Positions 1 through 15,847 of a DNA stretch of 64,000 bases are shown in pieces. The stretch is from the human T2T-CHM13v2.0 reference genome, Homo sapiens. The position numbers and the translations under genes were made by a program. Location: the NCBI RefSeq assembly GCF_009914755.1, contig NC_060940.1; one strand, written 5' to 3'. Below the pieces are notes generated by a model. That model did no database searches. It was not told the DNA's origin and was given only the letters and a program-made list of their open reading frames with translations. Within the stretch, counting starts at the first letter, position 1. Each line of letters opens with the position of its first letter.

Positions 1-352
1 CATATTTCCCCCCTCTTAGCAGCCCCATTTAATCCAAAGTCTTGTTACAAATACACACGACAAGGTGGCTCAGAGTCAAAGGAAGCCTGTGCTTCAGGGC
101 AGGTAAGACCTCAAGTGGACCTGGGCAGTGACGCCGGCTGCTCCACAGCCCCAAACGCTGAGGAACGTGGGCCTCCCAACTCCACCGCGGACCCGCCCAC
201 TGGGCCACTCGGGAAACCCTTTCCCAAAATGAACTTTTACCAAAGAGGACAAAATTCAACTGAATCACATGGAAATCTGACAGGACAAGGGAAAGAAAAC
301 TTGACTGAGAGACAGGCACGAGGACGGGAGGGAGGAGGATCCAGGCAGGTCC
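1..352 (-). other. CMTM4: Start of CMTM4 3'UTR (short isoform), or intron of the long isoform
   Basis: Sequence immediately downstream of the TGA at 353-355; continues off the left edge. Confidence 0.8.
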
Positions 353-517
<165 letters not shown>

Positions 518-1396
518 CTAAAAACACACCAGCACAGTTAGTCCTCGGGCACGTGGCCTGGCCCCTCAAGGCTTCTGTGGTGACCCAAGCCACATGCAGC
601 CCCTTCCTGCTCTGCCAGCTGATCATTACAACCCTGTGCCTTCATTCCTTGATCTCTTCCCCCTCTCAGCAGCCCCATTTGATCTAAAGTCTTGTTTCAA
701 ATACATATGACGGGGTGGCTCAGAGTCAAAGGGAAGCCTGTGCCCAGCCCTGCTGGATGTGTGGCTGTCACACCACAGCTGAGTCTCTAGTCATGTGACA
801 CACAGAAAATCTTGCCTGACCTAAAGACAGCCTAAGGTTTCTTTTGAAGTATTTTGGACGTATAAAAAAATAAATCACAAAAGTACCTCTTTTACTGCAA
901 CTTCAGGGCCTCTGGTCCCAGATGAGAAAATACAGTGCAGACAAAATGTAACATAGACAGAAAATCAGGGTTTCGCATGTGGGTCCCAAATCAAGCCACA
1001 GGGCCAATGTTCCACATCACAGCCCCCATCCCACACCTGCCTCTCATGGGGCAGCTCCAAGTAAGCAGCTCCAGAGTAAGAAGCACAGAGTTTTAATTAT
1101 TAAGACTTACAAATCGCCTGAGTGGCACCTGGGAGAGCAGTTCGTTTAATCATTTATAAACCTTTTAATCCCCCCATTACAAAAAGGATAACTGTTCCTC
1201 ATAAACTGAGAACAATACAGAAATGCAGGGCATGGAGAGGGGAAGTCCTACATTATCTGGTCCCCACCTGCCGTGGCATTTCCACCTTGAAATGTCATGT
1301 GACTGCTAAATGGTGTCATGACTGCATTCAAGAACCCTCCCTTCCCCAGGCAGATAAGGCTCTTAGACATCAAGGACTGTGTTGGAAACGAACCAA

Positions 1397-1797
<401 letters not shown>

Positions 1798-2374
1798 CTA
1801 AAGGGAGAGACAAAATAAACCAAGTGAAAAGAACCATTCCATCTTTGCTCTAAAAGCAACTGGAGAACTTTCAAAATAAGACCCACGATACCCAACCTCC
1901 CTGGTGGCTCCATATTTCAGTCTCAATGTCACAGGGTTACTGGTCACACAAAAGAAGGCAAAGTTAACAGTTTATGACACTACTTGATAAATCACCACCA
2001 CAAAATCTACATTTTCACCAACCCCACTACCCTTTCTGAAGAAATAGTAACCAAAATTGCTAACACTAATTACCATTTAGAGGTCTGGTGCCATCTTTTA
2101 AAAACCACACTCAAATCATCTTGCTATGGACAAAGCTCCCCAAGGATCCAAATGTACTAAAACTGGTGAAATCCCTCCAGCATTCCCTGCACTCACATGT
2201 GACATTCAAAACAAACTTTCACACAGAGAGCACACTTAGCCAGACTTCACGCTCTTTCTCAAGCAGTCTTTCAAGCCTCTATGTCACTAAAGCCTGGAGA
2301 ATTTTCTCCTAAGCTTCTTGCACAGCATGCATCCACCGTTTCACAGATTTAGCTCGTCTTATTTGTAGAAGGGA

Positions 2375-2560
2375 ACATAGCAGGGTAATGAAAGGTCACA
2401 GCTTGACCAGGGTCCAAACCACCCATATGACTTTGGACAAGCTACTTTGTTTCTGTGCTTTACGTGAGAATGTACCCCCTTCCTCCCAGAGTTGTTGAAG
2501 GAATTAAATGGAACCATACAGGTGAAGAGCCCAGCATGGTGCCTGGCCCACAGCTACAGT
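2375..2560 (+). mobile_element. MIR SINE remnant
   Basis: tgactttggacaagcta...gttgttgaaggaattaaatg...agcatggtgcctggc resembles MIR core and 3' end. Confidence 0.6.
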
Positions 2561-2709
2561 GGCCTACATATTTACTGTCACTTCTGTTATTACTACTTTG
2601 GCATGAGGCACCCAGTAGCCTGGGTCATACCAGAGTACCTCTAAAACCTCTATAGGAAAAAAATTCAGGAAAAAGCCCAAACTGCCTGAGTGCCAGGCTG
2701 ATTACACTA

Positions 2710-3080
<371 letters not shown>

Positions 3081-3407
3081 GATGTAAAGAGACAATGCTG
3101 GCATCATAACAGTGCTGAGTCTTGCAGCAGACACCCAACCTGCTCCTGGCTCATGGAAAGCTCTGCTCAGACGCATCTGCCAGCAGGATGGGTTTCAGCT
3201 ATGACCTGCGTAAGCCAGGGCAAATTTTTCACAAATTCAAACCAGGAAGCGTTTAGTTACACTCAGCTCTGGGTAAGATGCTGTAGGGGTAAAAAAAGAA
3301 TATAAAATATACTTCCCAAAGCAAAGACTATTCAGAAACGAGGGGAAAATACAATACACTGTGAGGTCAAACATCAAATAAAACAGTATCAACATTAACA
3401 GTGACTA

Positions 3408-3762
<355 letters not shown>

Positions 3763-4089
3763 CAGTCAAAAATTTTAAAGTTGTAGGAGTATCAGTAGTT
3801 TTAAATTTGCTTTAGTAATGATCATTAACAGTAGTGAGTGAAGAATGAGATGATGAATGGGAACAGCAAATACAGGGAAAAAATATGTCAAAAAGCCTAT
3901 TTTAAAAAGATAAAAAATAATCTTTCAACATGATCTGAGGCTAAGAAACCAGATTAAACCAGGGGAAAAAAACGCCAGCAACTGCTAACAAGAGCATAAC
4001 ATATCTGCCTCCTCAAATCCCACTGAATCATATTTAAATACTGAAGCACTTGCTTAAAAGATGAATCTAAATATAATTGAGCTTCTAGG

Positions 4090-4230
4090 ACTGTGCTGTC
4101 CAATAGGGCAAACACTAGCCATATGTGACTGAAGTTAAACTAATTCATATAAGATAAAAAATTTCACTCTTCAATCACACTAGCCACAATTCGAGTGCTC
4201 AGTGGCCACATGTGACAAGTGGCTGCCTCA
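4090..4230. mobile_element. MER3-like DNA transposon fragment
   Basis: ctgtgctgtccaatag...cactagccacaattcgagtgctcagtggccacatgtg. Confidence 0.7.
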
Positions 4231-4425
4231 AGGGCACAGCAGATCAGAAAACATTTCAATTGTCAGAGCAGCTGCTATAGCACCACACTGCCCTGAGATC
4301 AATGACTAGGTCACAGAGAAAATGGGGAAAGAAGGACATATGAAACACTACCATGAGGGTGCATGCAGCCAACTCAACTGCAAGACCCTCTACAGGATAA
4401 ATGACCCAGTTTTTCTAACAAGTCA

Positions 4426-5415
<990 letters not shown>

Positions 5416-5724
5416 ATGATATAAGGCAAAAAGGTCTAAGTATAAGGAAGCAAACAAAGTGCTCAATAGGGGAGTTGTTCAATAAAATGGTATTTCCATA
5501 ATGGAACACTATGCAGTCATTAAAAATAATCACGTAGTTATATATTTAACATGTAAGGTACAATAATTTAAATGAAAAAGCATGATTTTAATGGTTCCAT
5601 TTTTCTGCACTCACATATCACAACACACATGCATACGCAAAAGACTGTCTAGAGAGAACAGTTTAGAAGGATTTATACTCAAGTATTTTAAGTGGTTACC
5701 CTTCATTGGGTCATATCACGTATT

Positions 5725-7250
5725 TTTAAACAGCTTTATTGAGATATAATTCACATACCATAACATATACCCAATTAAAGTATATAATTCAATCACAATG
5801 TAATTTTAGAACATTTTTAGCACTCCAAAAAAAGCCTCATACGCATTAGCAGTTATTTCTCATTCCTCCCCCAACCCTAAGCAACCACCAATCTGCTTTC
5901 TGTCTCTATGGATTTGCCTATTCTGGACATTTTTTTTTTCCTGTGTGTGAAATCTGCCACAAATATTCTGGACATTTCATACAAATAGAATGACATAACA
6001 TGTGCTTTGTGCCTGGCCTCTTCTGAAGGCGTGGCCTGCCCCTCCACACCAGTGGGATATCTCGTCAGGTGGGACGAGAGACTGAGAAAAGAAGTAAGAC
6101 ACAGAGACAAAGCATAGAGAAACAACAGTGGGCCCAGGAGACCGGCACTCAGCATACCAAGGACCTGCCCCGGCACCGGTCTCTGAGTTCTCTGTTTTTA
6201 TTGATTATTATTTTCATTATCTCAGCAAGAGGAATGCGGTAGGAGAACAGGATGATAATAGGGAGAAGGTCAGCAAAAAAAACATGTGAGCAAAGGAATC
6301 TATGTCATAATTAAGTTCAAGGGGAGGTACTATGTCTGGATGTGCACGTAGGCCAGATTTATGTTTCTCTCTGCCCAAACATCTCAGTGGAGTAAAGAAT
6401 AACAAGGCAACATTGCTGCCAACATGTCTCGCCTCCCGCCATAGGGCGGTTTTTCTCCTATCTCAGAATTGAACAAATGTACAATCAGGTTTTATACCGA
6501 GACATTCCGTTCCCAGGGGCAGGCAGGAGACAGTGGCCTTTCTCTATCTCAACTGCAAGAGGCCTTCCTCTTTTACTAATCCTCCTCAGCACAGACCCTT
6601 TACGGGTGTCGGGCTGGGGGACGGTCAGGTCTTTTTCATCCCATGAGGCTGTATTTCAGACTATCTCACGGGGAGAAACCTTGGACAATACCCGGCTTTC
6701 CAAGGCAGAGGTCCCTGTGGCTTTTAGCAGTGCGTTGTGCCCCTGGTTTATTGAGACTAGAGAATGGCGATGACTTTTACCAAGCATACTGCTTGTAAAC
6801 ATTTTGTTAACAAGGCACGTCCTGCACAGCCCTAGATGCCTTAAACCTTGATTCCATACAACACATGTTTTTGTGAGCTCAAGGTTGGGGCAAAGTGGCT
6901 GGGGCAAAGTTACAAATTAACAGCATCTCAGCAAAGCAATTGTTCAAGGTACAGGTAAAAATGGAATTTCTTATGTCTTCCCTTTCTACATAGACACAGT
7001 AACAGTCTGATCTCTCTTTTTTTCCCCTACATCTTCCACTTAGTATAATGGTTCTAAGGTTTATTCATGTTGTAGCATGTATCAGTACTCATTCCTTTTT
7101 ATTACTGAATAATATTCCATTGTATAGATACACCACGTTATTTATCCTTCATCAGTTGATGGACATTTATTTCTACTTTTTGGTTATTATAGATAATGTA
7201 GCTATGAACCTACAAGCTTTTGTGTGAACAAGTTTTCATTTCTCTTGGGT
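5725..7250 (-). mobile_element. L1M (L1MB-type) 3' end, interrupted by the LTR5 and a micro-insertion
   Basis: acagctttattgagatataattcacatacc...tctgtctctatggatttgcctattctggacattt.../...cacttagtataatg...ttcatgttgtagcatgtatcagtact: antisense L1MB 3' motifs that continue across the LTR. Confidence 0.8.
6024..7031 (-). mobile_element. HERV-K(HML-2) solo LTR (LTR5A/LTR5B type), about 1 kb
   Basis: Minus strand starts TGTAGGGGAAAAAAAGAGAGATCAGACTGTTACTGTGTCTATGTAGAAAG and ends GTGTGGAGGGGCAGGCCACGCCTTCA (TG...CA). 5-bp TSD tcttc at 6019-6023 and 7032-7036. Confidence 0.93.
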
Positions 7251-7805
7251 CATCAGATGATTTTTTTTAAATTATCTATTATCTTCTAGTTTTTGGGGTT
7301 TTTTTGTTGTTTTGTTTTGTTTTGTTTTACAATAAGCACTTATTACTCACACAACTTGAAAGGCTTAATACTGGAATACTGCAAATCTTAAGTCAGCATC
7401 AAGCACTTGAGTTCCTGGGCCATGAAACAAATCAAGGCTGAACTGATCACAAATGAAATATTTGTACACAGAATCAGCTGGGGGCTGTCACTGCAATCCT
7501 GGTTGGCCCCCAAACCAATGTGCTAGGTGGCTGGCTCTAGCCTCTGTCCTATCCATCCAGGAGACAAGAACGTTTGCAAGCACTCGACCCATCCTTTGCA
7601 CTCACTTGTGCTTGAATGGCCCCAGGATCAAAGGGACAATTATAATGTTGATGACAGTAGCAGCTACCATCTATGGAGTCACTGTGCCAATCATATCGCT
7701 CCCAGTGAATTCTAACCTAATTATGATCCAAAATGCCCACAAGACAGGACTTGTTATTTTGCTCTACTTTCATGGATGAGGAAACTGGGTCCCAGAAAGA
7801 ATGAG

Positions 7806-8560
7806 TGTGCTATAATGAAAAATATTTAATCAAATCCTTGAATCTCTTGAGTGATATGAGCATCTTTTGTTATTCATAATGAGTCCCTTTCAATCATACC
7901 CGAGTTTATGCTAACGAAGTGACTTTTGTGGGAAGAGGGTGGTAGACAGTTTCAGGATAGGGGCAGGTCACCAGAAAAACCAGCCAGGTGATTAGAGAGT
8001 TGGAATTTTCAGCCCCATCCCCTGGACCTCCAGGGAAGTTAGAGGAGCTGGACATTGAGTTCAATCACCAAATGGCCAATCAGTCATGCCTACCTAGTGA
8101 AATCTCCAGAAAAAATACCTGAACGATGGGGTCTGGGGAGCTTCTGAGTGGAGCTCATTCTGACTCCATAAGGACAGAGGCTCCTGCATCTGAGGCCCTC
8201 CAGACCTCACCCTATGCATCTCTCCCATGTGGCTGTTCCTGAGTTGTATCGTTTAAAACATATCAGTAATTGTTTAAGTAAAGCCCCTTCCTGAGTCCTG
8301 TGAGTCACTGCAGAAAATGACTGAACCTGAGGGGTGGTGGAAACCATCGAATCTGTACTCAGCCAGACAGAAGTGCCTGGGCACCCCTTTTGCAGCTGGT
8401 GTCTAAAGTGGGGCCATCTTGTGGGACTGGGCCCTCGTCTGTGGGATCTGTGCTAACTCCGAGAGTTAGTGTCAGAATTGAACGGAATTGTTAAACACCC
8501 AGTCAGTGTCAAAGGATTACAGAACAGCTTGGTGTGGAAAATGTATTTGGTGTCAGAAAA
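7806..8560 (+). mobile_element. MER21C-like ERV LTR
   Basis: cttttgttattcataatgagtcccttt...gagtttatgctaa...ctgtgggatctgtgctaactccgagagttagtgtcagaattgaa matches the recalled MER21 consensus. Confidence 0.75.
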
Positions 8561-8575
8561 AAAAAAACACAAGAC

Positions 8576-10250
8576 TTTCCCTCTCCCTCTCCCCCTCCCC
8601 CTCACCCTCCCCCTCCCCCCTCCCTCTCCCTCTCCCCACAGTCTCCCTCTCCCTCTCTTTCCACGGTCTCCCTCTGATGCCGAGCCGAAGCTGGACTGTA
8701 CTGCTGCCATCTGGGCTCAATGCAACCTCCCTGCCTGATTCTCCTGCCTCAGCCTGCCGAGTGCCTGGGATTGCAGGCGCGCGCCGCCACGCCTGACTGG
8801 TTTTCGTATTTTTTGGTGGAGACGGGGTTTTGCTGTGTTGGCCGGGCTGGTCTCCAGCTCCTAACCGCGAGTGATCCGCCAGCCTCGGCCTCCCGAGGTG
8901 CCGGGATTGCAGACGGAGTCTCGTTCACTCAGTGCTCAATGGTGCCCAGGCTGGAGTGCAGTGGCGTGATCTCGGCTCGCTACAACCTCCACCTCCCAGC
9001 CGCCAGCCTTGGCCTCCCAAAGTGCTGAGATTGCAGCCTCTGCCCGGCCGCCCATCGTCTGGGATGTGAGGAGCCCCTCTGCCTGGCTGCCCAGTCTGGA
9101 AAGTGAGGAGCATCTCTGCCCGGCCGCCATCCCATCTAGGAAGTGAGGAGCGTCTCTGCCCGGCCGCCCATCGTCTGAGATGTGGGGAGCGCCTCTGCCC
9201 CGCCGCCCCGTCTGGGATGTGAGGAGCGCCTCTGCCTGGCCGCGACCCCATCTGGGAGGTGAGGAGCGTCTCTGCCCAGCTGCCCCGTCTGAGAAGTGAG
9301 GAGACCCTCCGCCCGGCGGCCGCCCCATCTGAGAAGTGAGGAGCCCCTCCGCCCGGCGGCCACCCCATCTGAGAAGTGAGGAGCCCCTCCACCCAGCAGC
9401 CACCCCATCTGGGAAGTGAGGAGCGTCTCTGCCCGGCAGCCACCCCGTCCGGGAGGGAGGTGGGGGTCAGCCCCCGCCCGGCCAGCCGCCCTGTCCGGGA
9501 GGGAGGTGGGGGGTCAGCCCCCCGCCCGGCCAGCCGCCCCGTCCAGGAGGGAGGTGGGGGGTCAGCCCCCCGCCCGGCCAGCCGCCCGGTCCGGGAGGGA
9601 GGTGGGGGGTCAGCCCCCGCCCGGCCAGCCGCCCCGTCCGGGAGGTGAGGGGCGCCTCTGCCCGGCCGCCCCTACTGGGAAGTGAGGAGCCCCTCTGCCC
9701 GGCCACCACCCCGTCAGGGAGGTGTACCCAACAGCTCATTGAGAACGGGCCATGATGACAATGGCAGTGTTGTGGAATAGAAAAGGGGGAAAGGTGGGGA
9801 AAAGACTGAGAAATCGGATGGTTGCTGTGTCTGTGTAGAAAGAAGTAGACTTGGGAGACTTTTCATTTTGTTCTGTACTAAGAAAAATTCTTCTGCCTTG
9901 GGATCCTGTTGATCTATGACCTTACCCCCAACCCTGTGCTCTCTGAAACATGTGCTGTGTCCACTCAGGGTTAAATGGATTAAGGGCGGTGCAAGATGTG
10001 CTTTGTTAAACAGATGCTTGAAGGCAACATGCTCCTTAAGAGTCATCACCACTCCCTAATCTCAAGTACCCAGGGACACAAACACTGCGGAAGGCCACAG
10101 GGTCCTCTGCGTAGGAAAACCAGAGACCTTTGTTCACTTGTGTATCTGCTGACCTTCCCTCCACTATTGTCCTATGACCCTGCCAAATCCCCCTCTGCGA
10201 GAAACACCCAAGAATGATCAATAAAAAAATAAAATAAAATAAAATAAAAT
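8576..10250 (+). mobile_element. Full-length SVA retrotransposon (probably SVA_C/D), antisense to CMTM4
   Basis: (CCCTCT)n hexamer head, Alu-like domain, GC-rich VNTR (about 9030-9720), SINE-R, AATAAA and (TAAAA)n tail. 15-bp TSD aaaaaaacacaagac at 8561-8575 and 10251-10265. Confidence 0.97.
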
Positions 10251-11096
10251 AAAAAAACACAAGACGAGTCACGCCCTAGGGCTCAGGGCTCAGCCAGTGG
10301 CCCCTGTGGGTAACTGCCAACTGTTCTCAACCCACCACAGCACCCAGCCTGGGTTCTGAGATAGAGGCCTAAGAGGCCTCCAGGGCCACAGAGCCCACTA
10401 AGAAAGGGTGACCAAAGCGGAAGAAGAAAAACAGGACAGTGTGGGGGCCCAGGATGCAAGGTGAGAGAGTATGGCAGGAAGGACAGAGTGCCCCATAGCA
10501 GACACCACCAGGATGTTGAGTGGGGTGAGAACCCAAGAGCAACCAGAGGATCTAGGAACACGGAGGCCCCGTCCCAGGCTCCTGACCAGGGGACTTTCAA
10601 TGCTGCCAGACTGGAGTGGGCTGAAGATGAATTGCGGAAGACCACCACATAGTCAGGATGGTGGACTGGGGGAAGGGGCAGGGGGTGTGTTTAGCTGGAA
10701 AATACACATGGGAAGCTTTTGGGGTGTTGACAATCTCCTATTTATTGACCCAGGTGGTGGCTGTATATTAAACTCCATATTTACTTTCATAATTTTTTCA
10801 GAATTTGACAATAAGAGATTAGAAAAGTGAGATTAGGAGAGGGGGAAGTAGAGAAGGCAAGTGCAGACCTCCTCTTCTGGGAAGTGGGGCTGAGCTGGCC
10901 CTGGGCTCTGGGGCCAGTTGAGTGGGAGCCACTGGCAGGCTTTTGGGATGGGGGAGGATCAGACACGCCTTTTAGATAGCGCCACATCCCAGAAGGGAAG
11001 GGGAGGAAAGGAGGAGCCCCGTGGCACTAATCAAAGTAAACAGGGGTGGAACATGTGAGTGTATGAGCTCCTAGGACACAGAGAAAAACAAATATC

Positions 11097-11384
<288 letters not shown>

Positions 11385-11439
11385 TATATATATATAAATA
11401 TATATATATAAATATATATATATAAATATATATATATAT
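11385..11439. repeat. (TA)n microsatellite derived from an Alu tail
   Basis: Interrupted TA runs directly after the Alu 3' end. Confidence 0.9.
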
Positions 11440-11828
11440 CAAAGTCCCACAATCCATCCAAAAATAAACCCAAACCAAAAACTTGACATTAACAGAATCA
11501 TTCAAATTCCATCAAATTATGCTTGTAGAAAATTATGCACTGTCCTCCTTATTTATCATTTCTCATCCATATTTATGTCAACCTGGGCTCCTGGAATGAC
11601 CTGTGTTTTTAAATCTATACCAATCACACCCTATTTTAACCATCAGGCTGGCTCTGCTGGAGACAAAAATACTCCCAATACTCCCACCACCTTGTTACAG
11701 AAACACAACACAGCCAAGGCCAACCCTTCTGTAGCGAGTTGATGAGCTGAGATCGGCCGTGAGGAGCTCACTTTTTCACCCCTCTCAGAGAACACTGGAC
11801 ATGAGCTGCCTTTAATAGATACCATCTT

Positions 11829-12187
<359 letters not shown>

Positions 12188-12449
12188 TTATCTGCTCCAA
12201 AAGAGTGGAAAGTCTAGAACGGATCCCAAAGAACAGGATCGTGTTCTCAAGTGACCACATCACCAACACCCAACCACAGGCCCAGGCCACCACCACCCAG
12301 AGGAAAAGAACGAGTATCAACTTCCCTGGGGAGAGATGCACCTCAACATGACCGGTGACATGGTAGTGTGGTAGTCAACAAGTGGAAAATCTTTCATGAT
12401 TAAAATAGAAAAAGCAGAATTCCAGAAAGCTCACTAAATAGGTATTTCT

Positions 12450-12768
12450 GGGCTGGGTGTGGTGGCTCACACCTGTAATCCCAGCACTTTGGGAGGCTGA
12501 GGTGGGTGGATCACCTGAGGTCAGGTGTTTGAAACCAGCCTGGCCAAGATGGTGAAACCCCATCTCTACTAAAAATACAAAAATTAGCTGGGCATGGTGG
12601 TACATGCCCATAATCTCAGCTACTAGGGAGGGTGAGGCAGGAGAATCGCTTGAACCCGGGAGGCGGAGGTTTCATTGAGCCGAGATCACGCCACTGCACT
12701 CCAGCCTGGGCAACAGAGCAAGACTCTGTCTCAAAAAAACAAAAAAAAAAACCCAAAAACAACAAAAA
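12450..12768 (+). mobile_element. AluS
   Basis: Dimeric Alu; TSD taggtatttctg. Confidence 0.92.
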
Positions 12769-14589
12769 GTAGGTATTTCTGGGGATAAACGCTGGTATAA
12801 ATTAGTAAGAAATCTGAAGCATGAAGTCTTTTAACAGGTTAATGGCTGTCAGATAAATGGACAAAACAGAATTAAGGGGGTCAAGTCAAACCTGGTGGAA
12901 GTAAACAGGGGAACAGTGTGGGTAACATAACAGCAGCGTGCCAGGACACCTCTTACTCAGGTGAGATGAACATTGCTGCACTGGCCACAGCGCCCACTGG
13001 TTTGAGGCCTTACCAGATGCCTTTACACCCATTACCTCATTTTATACTTAAAAAAAAACCCTGCAAAAAAAAAAATTATTATCTCCACTTTACCAGTGCT
13101 GACACTTCACCAATGTAGGGCTCTCAGTGACTAGCCCAGGGTCATGCACAGCCTGTTTCAGCAGCTACCTTGGACTTGAACCCAGCTCGGTCTGTCTGAC
13201 TCAATGCCTATAGTCTTAACCTTTCCAGCAGCTGCTTCTTTGTCAAACAGGTCCTCCCGCAGGGTTTCACAGCCCAGCCCCTTACTCAACAAGTATTTAT
13301 TGACAGGCCTCAGGAACACTAGGCAAGTAGGATAGCAATGAACAAGATGCTGACCTTGACCTTGACCCTGCATCCATAGTATGAGCATTTTAACTGGGGG
13401 AGGTTTGCAAAGTTCTCTTAAACAGTCTACTACATGCTCTGTAAGCATTTTCTTATGGATAACATAAACCTCATTTTAAAAATAGTTGAGACATTACAAC
13501 CTGTCACAAAAACTCAGACAAAATGCTTCTAGTTATCTTGAGGTTTTAGAGCTTAAATTTAAAATACCACCACATTTTTCTCAGCTTCCAGTGCTAAGAC
13601 AAAAAACAGCTAAGTTTTCAACTGATATCTACTTTTCTAGATCAGCAACTCTCCTTTTTTCCTCCTTTAGGAGTCTGTGCTGGTTAGGACAACCCAGAGA
13701 GCACCTGTAAGGAGGACCTTCCCCACCCAGGGCACACCAGGAGAGCAGCCCTGACAGGGAGGTGGCAGCTCCAGCCTCCTCCTTGGGGCCCACACTTTCT
13801 CATGGGCCCAGCAGCAGCCAAACACAGACAGAGCCACGTGTGGCTTCTGTGTGGCTCCCAATCTCAGGCAAGGGTAGCTGGTCTGAGGCGCTCTCCTCCT
13901 GCTTCCCCCTCAGCAGCTGAGGTGCCCACGGCGTTCTCATCCCACAGGCACAGCAGTGTGAGGCAGCCGACTGTGCTTACGTGGATCTCCCTGACTGACT
14001 CCCTTTGAGCTCTTGCACATGCTAATTTGTAAATAAATATCAAGAAAACCAAATGATATTAAAATCCTCTTCTCATTCAGCACAGTAAGGACACAGTCTA
14101 GGAAAGGGGGTCTAGGACTGACCAGCCCTGTGCTTCCCATCTGATTAACAAGGGTGGCCAAACAGAGCTAAGAACCCAAACCATGGGGAGAAGGGGCAGG
14201 TTTCCACTCAAGACTTTCTGATCAAACCACCAAACCCCCCCAGGTCCTCCTAGTTGCTTTGAATTTAATAATATTCCTAGGCTCTGTAAGTTACTGGCAT
14301 TTTCATTCATATTTTCAATTCTTCCAGAATCAATATTTTTATAAATGGCTTTTAGGTCCAGTCTGAAAAGTATGTAAATGTCTACACTGTATTTTATTTC
14401 CCATATTCTCCAAATATCAACATGACCAGTCTTCTCAGATGATTGCAAAATTGAAATGACATCTTTAAGGTGGCCAAAATAATTGTTATGATGTTTCTCC
14501 CATTAGTTAAGATTCAGTTTATTTTGTAGTTTTACTTAACCCAGTAAAGAAATTTAAAATTTCACAGTTGAATTATAATAGAATATTTA

Positions 14590-14874
<285 letters not shown>

Positions 14875-15556
14875 CTAGGAAGAAAATTGGAAACATATAT
14901 GTACGTATATGTTTAGTATACATCTGCGGACATACGTACCTGCCATGCTTATATAACACTGAACAACAACATACTGCCACTGAGTTTTCCTCTGGGACAG
15001 CAGTGTAACTGTCGGAAATCAGACCTGCTTCAATTCTTACCTAAAGAATAGGTGCAGGGGTCTTAATGGAAGGATCAAATTACTAATGTAAACAGTGAAG
15101 GCCCCACCACATACACTGAAATCAATCTGGTGTGATGTGGCCCCCGGGTGTAAACTGCTGGCCCTTGGGAGGAAGCAGAAACATCTCTACAATGTTTCTA
15201 GGTCTTCTCCTGCCACCAATAAGTAAGTGGGTGTTGCCTATGTGTGTTTCTAATTCATGGTCTCTACCACAATTATCCCAAACACTGGGAGAGCAGAATT
15301 CTGATGGTGTCTGACTTGTGCCATCTGCAGTTACCTTGGTGGCTCCTGCTAAAGTCACACAGGTTAACTGGGACTCCTGACGGCTTTAAAACAATGATTG
15401 GTATAATCTCCTTTTCCCCCAATTAGGTGGGAACAAGAGGCGCACCTAATTAATTCATATGGTTTTAAAAAATATATTTTTTGAACTTGATCACAACAAG
15501 ATGGCAGCTTATTAAAAAACATTAAGAAATCTACCAATAATAGAATAAATTTCTAG

Positions 15557-15847
<291 letters not shown>

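Noticed and set aside
9030-9720. Regularly spaced GC-rich repeats, CpG-island-like
   Set aside because: This is the SVA VNTR, not a promoter island or CRISPR array.
8453-10272. Cluster of long overlapping ORFs (up to 172 aa)
   Set aside because: These are translations of the GC-rich SVA VNTR and Alu-like domain; SVA is non-coding.
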